DNA of 64,000 nucleotides from assembly GCA_973895155.1 (NCBI GenBank), contig OZ316896.1:23269722-23333721 (forward strand). Direction: 5' to 3'. This document shows, piece after piece, positions 23,070 through 31,336 of this stretch. The notes under the pieces are model-generated. The model made no database searches and was not told where the DNA came from. It was given only the letters and a program-made list of their open reading frames with translations. Source of the DNA: Marsupella aquatica (taxonomy: Eukaryota > Plantae > Marchantiophyta). Position 1 is the stretch's first letter; each line of letters begins with the position of its first letter. A program made the translations under genes and the position numbers.

Positions 23070-23798
23070 ATGGCCTTTACTACTCCCCCCGCTTCTACTT
23101 TCTCCATTCCTGATTCTCAGCAATCGCATGATAGACCAGCCAGACCTCGAGCGCGGAATTGGAATGAGCCAAAAATGTTGTGCTTGGCTCAGGCTAAGAA
23201 AACTGAACTCAAATTGGACGTGGATAACATTGGACAGCGTCGTTTCCTTTCAAGTGTCCAGAAGTGGACTGAGATTGCATCGTTCATGAGTGGTAAGGGC
23301 TATTCAGACATAACAGGATCAGTTTGCACGACCAAATGGAACAATTTGTTTGGCGATTGGAAAGCCATTAGAGATTTTATCTTATCTTGCGGAGGATCGT
23401 CATATTATAATATGAGCAAAAATGAGCGAATCTAGGCTAAACTTGTTCCCAAGTTCAGCAAGGATTTGTATGATTTAATGGATTCATTTTTTTTGCAATA
23501 GCCGTGCATGGTTCCTCCTGCCACATTTGATTCGGGCATGCACGTTGCCTCTCCTAATCTATCAGCTACACATGAGTCCCCTTCGCACCAAGCTTTTCAT
23601 ATGAAAACAGGACAATTGAATTGTCCCCTAAGAGAGAGCCTCATAATGTTCCTGTGGCCCCGGTGGCCCCGGGAGATAGCGTAGCAGGATCGAGAGGAAG
23701 GGCAAAGCGAAGAAGGACTATGGATATCTCGGGAGTTCTGAAAACTAGTCATGAAAGTCTAATTTCGACTCTCAATGATCAGATGACAAATTGAATAC
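23070..23798 (+). pseudogene. Myb/SANT-like (trihelix) DNA-binding protein pseudogene, 5' part; possibly a PIF/Harbinger accessory ORF
   Basis: RARNW...L...K...KWTEIA...C..KWNNL..DWK.IRD...Y..M...ER, then a stop and frameshifts; interrupted by the Copia at TSD AATAC. Confidence 0.7.
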
Positions 23799-23830
23799 TG
23801 TTAACATTTGAATGTTATTAACTTCAACTA
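23799..23830 (-). repeat. Element A 3' LTR, outer 32-bp piece
   Basis: TGTTAACATTTGAATGTTATTAACTTCAACTA is identical to 48245-48276. Confidence 0.9.
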
Positions 23831-23973
23831 TGTTGTGGGAGAAATGAGACAAAGAGTTGGTTCCATCTTTACTCTTGGTAGAATATGTACATGTGGCTAC
23901 GGCCTAAGTAGTTAGGGTAGTTACATAGGTAGTTATCCCAAAGGTAGACTTAACTCAAGTATGAGTTACAACA
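23831..23973 (-). repeat. Element B 3' LTR (143 bp)
   Basis: TGTTGT...ACAACA; differs from 42770-42912 at one visible base. Confidence 0.92.
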
Positions 23974-26607
23974 CTCCCCCTTTGTAACATTGGGGTTTAA
24001 ATGTTACAATCAAGAGTCTACTTTGGGTATACTCAGTGGTATACAATAGGTATTGTTTATGTCTAGCCTATTTTATAAATGGTGCAGCCATCTCAAGTCT
24101 ACTATAAATGAAAAGCTTCTCCTAATAGATGTCTTATAATTCATGTTGCATGGTAAAGTGTAAGTGGGGGATGTAACCTCATTAAAACCTCCCCTACTTT
24201 CTTTGTGGGAGGAAAGAGTATTACCATCCCCATGGGTGTAACATAATTGGGTTTAAACATATAGTGTATGTGCACTATAGGCTTGTTGAAGATCTTCCTT
24301 GGTTGATTGTTTCTCGTGTCTCCTTCCAATCGGGAAATGGAGACTCCTTGATGGTCACCGATTACATGCCATGACAAAGCAAAGTATTAGTACAAAATGA
24401 AGATGATATGGTGTAATCCATGGCCTTGGAATTGGATTGGGTGTCCAACCCTAGATTTGGTGTGGGCATAACCTATTTGCACCACATCACGTACCATATC
24501 CACAACATAGGGTTATCATATTGGGGTATGGCGCACCATCTCTTATGGTGCCTTACCATGCCATGTCTCACCTTATGGTACCTTATGACCTGGTACTGTA
24601 CCTCATATTATCATATGGTACCTTAATATCCAGTATACCTCATCAAGTATTGGTAAGTGATTGTGTTAACACCATGTTCAATCATTTATAAAAATTCCTT
24701 AGATTTCATGATTTGCCATATGCATGGAATAGAGTTCCATTTTTAGGTATTCATTGGTGCGAAAGGCACTTGTGCAATAGGCACATCCCTATGGGTTACA
24801 TTGCTTGATGTCAAGTCTTACTTGAGGTCTCCCCCTCAATTTGTCATTTACTTCCATGTGCAGTAGGCACTCATTGGCTTCCATGTGTAGTAGGCACGGA
24901 GCTTAACTTTTAAGTGCAGTAGGCACGTTGGGAAAAACAATTCTCCCCCTGAATTTATGAAATTAATTGGTGGAAGTAATCATCATTTGTCGCCATGTAG
25001 GTTCTGTAATTTAGTTTCTTTCTTTATGTCCTTACTTCATGTCTTGTTGTTTGGTTTTTCTTTCCTTTTGAAGAGAAAGTCTCTTTGTTCTTTAGTTCTC
25101 CATTCCTTAGTGTAAAATGGTCTGCTTAGAAAAAAAGGTGGAGGACTTTCATTTGGTTTGATGGCTTCTTTTTGTTGTACTCCTTTTTTTTGTTTTTTTG
25201 TTTTTGCTTCACTCGCTTATTGTGGCATGGTTCCTTCCTTCATTCCGTCCCTCTGCTTCACTTCTTGCTGCATTCCTTTCCAAATTTCGACGCCTCCACA
25301 TTGCATCACTATTTTGGTCTGTGGTGGTCTGTTTGTGTCCCGTGAATTGTGCCGTCTTCTTTCGACATTTTGGGTTCTTATCTCTAGGCCCTCCTCGATA
25401 TTTCATGTTGAATGCCATCGACGTCAGTGCCTTGTTATCCTTGTTTGCCTAAATTGATACGGCACTTGCATCATTTTGGGTGCGCTATCTTACTCGAATG
25501 ACTTGGGCCTCCTTGACGTTTGTTCCCCTGTCCTTATTATTGTGTGCCGAATCGTATCTGGGTCCGATCGTTCTTCTTTAGCATCTTCCTCCAGGGTACT
25601 AGTTGCTCTCGAACAGACCCATCGTTGCTCTCCAGAAGGGGCAATGGCGACTGAGGGTAATTCGCTGGACCTGCCTACGCTATCTCCAGTGATTTATTCG
25701 GTGTATTGTGGGGTCCTTTCTCGCCCTTTCTCGCTTTCAGAGCTTAATGGTAGATCATCTCTCCGATTTGAATCCCGGGAAGTCATTGTGTGATCCTCAG
25801 GAAGCGAACCCTGCAGGCACTGGCTCCCAATGGTCAACTCGTAAGTTCATAACACCAATGCCCCTACCCCTGGTCTTGGATTGTTCCATGTCGTCCATGC
25901 ATACTGCCAATCTCACGAGAACTATTTACCGAAACTGGCATTTTGTGTCCTTCTATGCTATTTGGGACTTCCATTGGTCATCGCTATCCTCCTTACTTTC
26001 CTCATCCTTGTGTTCGCCTTTTCGTAAAGACTCCTTCTACTTTGGGCTGATCTGTGCTGTTAGCGCTCTTGCGCCCCTCGATCGCTCGGTAGTTTCTTTC
26101 CTAGTTGCTTTTCCTCTGATTCTCTTTGGTGCAGTCGCAACTTTGGCAGCACGGAAATTCCCTCTTTTCTCCTTCCGTGACGTGTCTTATCGCTCCCTCG
26201 CTCGCATCGGTTGCGTGGATTCTTTATGCTATTCTTGTTTCATCATCATCGAATTTTCTCTCTCAATTCAAGTTCTTGTTGTCTCAAGTTGTAGACCAGG
26301 GGATGTGCGAATAGCCCACTCCCCCTGAGTATTGGTTTTTCCTTTCTCTTTCTGCTCTTGTATTTCTCCCGAGTTTTCAATCTTCCAATCTTGATTCGAT
26401 TGTCCTTATGGGTTTCTGTTTGCCTTCAGTTTTGCGCTGGCGCTTCAATTTTCTTCGCTTTAGATCGATTCATTTCTCTTATGCTTTTTCGCCAGTGCCT
26501 CCCGATGCTTTTGCTGCTTGAATTTTTATTTTTATTTTTTTTTCACCTTCGATCAGTGGGGTGAGGTTCAGTCTTTTCTTATGGATTCTGTTCTGCGGTA
26601 CTGCTTT

Positions 26608-29600
26608 TGTGATGCCTAGACAGGAATCACTCGGCCGGTTAAGTGGGTAAAGCAGGAAGGCACCCTAGGAACACCTTAGTATAGTGACAAAACAAGGAAA
26701 ATATAAACAATTAGGGGCAACCATGGAACCCGGGCAGAGGCCGGAGGTAAGGCTGAGGGTGAAAACCCGATTAGGGTTAGGGCGCGTTAAGCGTCGGCGG
26801 CTAGGAAGGATCAACGGGAAGAAGGACCGGCAGAGGAGAGGGGTAAGGAGCGCTTGCAGGAGATGGTGGCTCATTTGCAAGCACGAACTAGGCAGACGAC
26901 TACGGGAGGCCAACTACTGTCAGCTGCTTAGGCAAGCACTCGGGGAGAGAGTAGATACCGACGATCAACCTAAGGAGGGTATGAGCAACGTCAATCAAGC
27001 GGCACATTTCTGGGGATGCCTGTTCGAACGGGCAACTGAGTACATCAAGACTTACGAGGACGAGGAGTCAGAAAGGGCAGCTCGAGAACGGCAGGAGCTT
27101 GCTCGATTGTGGGAGCTGCAGAAGACGGCTTTCTTAGGAGGCGAACTCATCAAGGACGAGTTCCTGTGGACGCCTACTTCCAATCAACTCGACGATCTTC
27201 TGTTTTGCAAGGACAGCGTCGTCGGCATCCGAGAGGCCATCAAGAACTGCAACGACATACACTGGGAATTAAAGGGTAGCACGGAAAGGTGGACCCAGGC
27301 AACGGTGCTAGGAGAAACCTCCACGGCAGCAGAGATGAAGAGGAAGGGAGCCGTCAACGATGAAGCCACCCCGGCAAAAAGAACGAGGTCGACGGCACCA
27401 AAGAAGCCAGCCGAGCAGCAGAGCAGGAGGCAGGAAGAAGCCGAAGAGGAGGAGGTCGATCCCATCAAGGCCATTCCAACCAGGGATGACACCTGGAAGG
27501 GCTGGGCGGCAACCCTACCGGTGGAGGTGCAACTACATTTTGCACGGGAGGAGGATGCATGCTTTACGGCCATGCAGACCAAGAAGTACCAAGGCTTCAT
27601 GGCCGGATCCGGCTTGGAGGCCTTTGTAAGATTACCATGGCTGAAGCCGGAGGTACCGGAGTCAGACCTATTAGAATTCGTGGGGTCATGGGAACCCGAG
27701 ACCAATTGCACGAGGATATATGGGAAGGATTTCTATCTTACTCCCAAGGTGATTGCCGAAGTGTTTGGCTTGCCGATGGGCAATAAGACCAAAGTTGATA
27801 CCAGGAAGACCTTGCCTGACAAGGAGTTCCGGTCGTTCCCCGGGCCATCAACGAAGAATGGCTTCTTCCGGAACACCTGCACCAACCCGCACATAGGAGA
27901 GATGATCGACTTCTTGCGGGTGACGATGCATTGTAACTTGCCGAGGGCAGAGATCGGCAAGGCACAGGTCTATCTGGCAGAAAGGCCAGACCCAAGCCGG
28001 GACTACAACGGGTACCTCCTCAACCAATTGAAGAAGATCTTAAAGGAGGAGCAGCAGGTAATCGGCATGGGGAGCGTGTCGCGGCTTGGCTATCACATGC
28101 CGCTGTTGTGCCGGTATGCCAGAGGTCAGACTTTTGCCCCGGTACTTCCCCTGCAGGTAAGGGCACCCGAGGAAGCTCCAACGCCGAGGCTGTTGGCTGA
28201 GAGGCCTCAACCACCTGTTAGTCCTACGATCGAGCAGGTGTTTAGGCCCAGGAAGGAAGACTTGCCGATGCAGCAACCAGGCATGCAGAGTCTGCTGAAA
28301 CTACTGGAGAAAGAAAAGAAATCGGCATCGGCAACAACAACGGCAACGGCAACCATGCAGGACACTACTACAGAGGTAGGCCTACACCGGCTCACAAGAG
28401 AAAACCCCTTTGCTGGAGACAAGGAGAGAATCAGGCCGGAATCCAAGCCAGGTGTTCGAATGTACGTGGGAACCTCAAGCTCCGAATCTGAGGCAGAATT
28501 GCCTGAAGCTCCTACCGAGGAAGAGGAGAGGGAGAAGCCGGAAATCCAAGAGGTAGAGGAGGCAGTGGAGGACTGCAGCCATGATAATTCCGGCTATGGG
28601 TCGGACCATCACGTTCCAGGAGTAAGGACCTGTGGCCGGTTTGTCCCCACACTTCCAAGGGTAGTGCGAGGGGACCCCAACCAACAGAGTAGCCCTGAGT
28701 CTCCCCCACCAGATGTTGCTCCCCCGAGCTTCGACGGCATAAAACAGACGGTGCAGGAATTTCAGGAGCGAATCAAGCAGGAGGAAGAGGCCGCCCTGGC
28801 TAAGGAAAAGGATTTACCAGGAGGAGATTGGCCGGAGGACATCAGGCGGCTAGCCGAAAAAGGAAGCAAACCTCTAGCCACGATTGAAGAGATCCGCAGG
28901 ACGGCTTGGGAGCAGAGGCCACGATGGGCGATGCCGATCACTTCTACTTACTCCACCTACGCTAAGAATAGAGCCATGGAGTATGGTGAGATGTGTGGGG
29001 AACTTGCGCTCGGCATCTTTGGAGAGGAGTTGGAGGTAGGACCCTTTTTCCATAGGGAGCAGTTGGAGAAGCACCAATTAGAAGAAGCGGTGGCTTTAGA
29101 GAGAAGCAAGAAGGACGAGGTCATTCGGCGGCTTAGGAGGATGGAAGCCGAGATTGAAGATCTAAGGGCGGCCAAGAAAGCCCAAGATGAACTGCGGATT
29201 AAACGACATGAGCTGAACATCATGCAGGGGCAGTTGGACGCCGCGCAGGCTGATAATCAGAATATCAAGGATAAACTGACTCAGACGCAGGAAGAGTTGG
29301 CCGACACGATCAAAGAAAGGGAAAAGTGGAAGCAAGAGCTGAAGAATACAGAGGAGGCCCACATAACAGCCAACAGCCGGGCCATGGCGGAGACTCAAAG
29401 AAAGGAATGGGCGTTGAAAGGGGAGCTCGAGAAAATCCGCGGAGCCCTTGAGCAGAAGGAGGTCGAGTTAGGAAAATCCTATCAAGGGATTATGGCGCTG
29501 CAGCAGGAGCTTGCATCCCTGACGGCCAGCTTCAAGGCCGACCTAAGGGAGAAGGACGAGATGCTCGAACAGACTTACGCCAAGATGAACCAGATGGAGT

Positions 29601-31267
29601 CTGTCATCATTGCAGAGCTCGACAAGGAGCTAAGAGCAACCCAGGAGGAGAAGGCTACCTTGAAGAAGGAATTGGAGGAAGCCCACAGGGAGCAGGAGGA
29701 GGCCAAAAACGAGCTGGAGGGGGCACGTAAGGACCTGGATGAAACCCAAGAGGAGTTGGAGGAAATCACGAGGAAGATGGAGAACCTACAGCGGCGGGCC
29801 GACAACCAAACAGAGCGGCTGAAGAAACAAGCCGCAGTATTTAAATGCTTAGCTGCAGCAGGTCCATCTCCCGTTGGGACAAACCAGTTACCAGGGGTGG
29901 TAATTGCCGAAGGACAAGCCGCGCCACCTGCACCAGTGCCGGAATTAAGTGGGAAGGGGAAGGGACCAGCTGCCGAGCCACCAACGAAGAAGAAGCGGAA
30001 ACCTTCAGGGTCAAGGAGTAATACGACTTCACAGGCCGTGGTGATCAAGGAGGTAGACCCAGCACCGACCCCAGACAGGGTCACGGCTAAGGATCCAACT
30101 ACCCTAGGGGAAGGGGAAGCCGAAGCCGAGGGAGTGGCTGAAGCCGAAGCCGTGAGAGTGGCTGAGGCCGAAGCCGTGGGTATTGCCGAGGCCGGTGTCG
30201 AGGCTGAAGCCGAAGGTGGACCCAGTCAGGCCGAGGGAGAGTTGACTCGGTCAAGGGCAGGTAATCTGTCAGTAGGCGGGCCAACGGCAGTGGCTGCGGA
30301 GGAAGTGTTGGGGGCGTCCATTGAGGATCCACCACCGGTGTCGTGACGGTGCAAGGGCGCCGTTCCTTTTAGGGAGGGCGGACGTGGAGGGAGGAGGCGT
30401 GAGTGGGCAGGGCGGGCGCGGATCTCCACGTTTAGGATTAGGATCAGAACCAGGAGCGGCCCTGACACTTAGCTTAGTGGGATTGCGGTCCCACTGGTAG
30501 GAGCAACACTTGTGCTCCTGCCTTGCTGTACATAGGTAGATTCGGGCAAGTAGATTACTGTTAAGTAGATTAGGCTTACGATGCAAAGAATGGCGGATCC
30601 ACTACCAGGATAAGTACCTGGGCAGCGGGGAGCTCAGGGCCTCTTCTTTAGCAAGTTTTTAGTTTGCACCAGCCGGGCTGGGATCAAGTAGTACGAGAAG
30701 CTCTCGGTTAGTCATACAGTGACCCTTGTGTATATTCATGTTTCCTCATGCCTAAGAGCTGAATAGAGTTGGCCTCACGGCTTAGTTCGCAGAACTTGTG
30801 TATGAGATGTACTGTTTGTATGGCAAGTGCATGGTATGACTCAGTCAGAATGAGTCATTTTGCTATTTGTGTGTCGCATTAACTTGTGTGAAGAGTGCCC
30901 ACATCAACAGAAGGAAGGAAAGTAAGCAGGGGAGTGAGAGTTGGATGTGTCGAGCTGAGAGAGGTCTTAGCGGCTTAACCAAGCCTATTGGGGATCATTC
31001 CGGCGGCGGAATCCAAACATACCTAACAAGACGGAGGGGAAGACAGGGGAAGACAGGGGAAGGCCTATATTAGGCCGGCTACGTATCTCATGACCCGATG
31101 AAGGATCTGTCCAGTATATGTGTGTAAAATGTTAATAGTAGTAGTAGAAGGTTAGCAGCGTCCCATGCCGCTAAGCCGCGGAAACGGCCTCGCCAAGCAC
31201 GAAACCTGCGGGAATCGGCTTGAGCTGGGGGGTTTCTTGGGTTTAGGGAGCCATGGGACGCACCACA
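26608..31267 (+). repeat. 5' LTR of copy 2 (4660 bp)
   Basis: Direct repeat of 37492-42151, bounded by the TSD and the PBS. Confidence 0.96.
26723..30346 (+). CDS. LTR-encoded protein, 1207 aa (5' LTR, copy 2)
   Basis: ACCATGG start; Arg-rich N-terminus; LEAFVRLPW...LLEFVGSW...IYG...IAEVFGLP domain; long E/K/L heptad region; KKKRK. Confidence 0.82.
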   Translation: MEPGQRPEVRLRVKTRLGLGRVKRRRLGRINGKKDRQRRGVRSACRRWWLICKHELGRRLREANYCQLLRQALGERVDTDDQPKEGMSNVNQAAHFWGCLFERATEYIKTYEDEESERAARERQELARLWELQKTAFLGGELIKDEFLWTPTSNQLDDLLFCKDSVVGIREAIKNCNDIHWELKGSTERWTQATVLGETSTAAEMKRKGAVNDEATPAKRTRSTAPKKPAEQQSRRQEEAEEEEVDPIKAIPTRDDTWKGWAATLPVEVQLHFAREEDACFTAMQTKKYQGFMAGSGLEAFVRLPWLKPEVPESDLLEFVGSWEPETNCTRIYGKDFYLTPKVIAEVFGLPMGNKTKVDTRKTLPDKEFRSFPGPSTKNGFFRNTCTNPHIGEMIDFLRVTMHCNLPRAEIGKAQVYLAERPDPSRDYNGYLLNQLKKILKEEQQVIGMGSVSRLGYHMPLLCRYARGQTFAPVLPLQVRAPEEAPTPRLLAERPQPPVSPTIEQVFRPRKEDLPMQQPGMQSLLKLLEKEKKSASATTTATATMQDTTTEVGLHRLTRENPFAGDKERIRPESKPGVRMYVGTSSSESEAELPEAPTEEEEREKPEIQEVEEAVEDCSHDNSGYGSDHHVPGVRTCGRFVPTLPRVVRGDPNQQSSPESPPPDVAPPSFDGIKQTVQEFQERIKQEEEAALAKEKDLPGGDWPEDIRRLAEKGSKPLATIEEIRRTAWEQRPRWAMPITSTYSTYAKNRAMEYGEMCGELALGIFGEELEVGPFFHREQLEKHQLEEAVALERSKKDEVIRRLRRMEAEIEDLRAAKKAQDELRIKRHELNIMQGQLDAAQADNQNIKDKLTQTQEELADTIKEREKWKQELKNTEEAHITANSRAMAETQRKEWALKGELEKIRGALEQKEVELGKSYQGIMALQQELASLTASFKADLREKDEMLEQTYAKMNQMESVIIAELDKELRATQEEKATLKKELEEAHREQEEAKNELEGARKDLDETQEELEEITRKMENLQRRADNQTERLKKQAAVFKCLAAAGPSPVGTNQLPGVVIAEGQAAPPAPVPELSGKGKGPAAEPPTKKKRKPSGSRSNTTSQAVVIKEVDPAPTPDRVTAKDPTTLGEGEAEAEGVAEAEAVRVAEAEAVGIAEAGVEAEAEGGPSQAEGELTRSRAGNLSVGGPTAVAAEEVLGASIEDPPPVS

Positions 31268-31271
31268 TTTT

Positions 31272-31289
31272 TGGCGCTAGATGGAGGGG
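31272..31289 (+). other. Primer-binding site, tRNA-Asn-like
   Basis: TGGCGCTAGATGGAGGGG after the 5' LTR. Confidence 0.75.
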
Positions 31290-31336
31290 GCATTTCTTAA
31301 GCCGTGAGATATGAAGTTAGAACGGAAGCGTAGGTA

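Noticed and set aside
25158-26564. Hydrophobic plus-strand ORFs resembling membrane proteins
   Set aside because: They reflect T/C-rich antisense of element B's purine-rich strand; no coherent gene.
26608-31267. Long repeats as a segmental or tandem duplication of a host gene, or an assembly artefact
   Set aside because: TG...CA termini, adjacent PBS and PPT, a 5-bp TSD and copy-specific SNPs identify them as LTRs.
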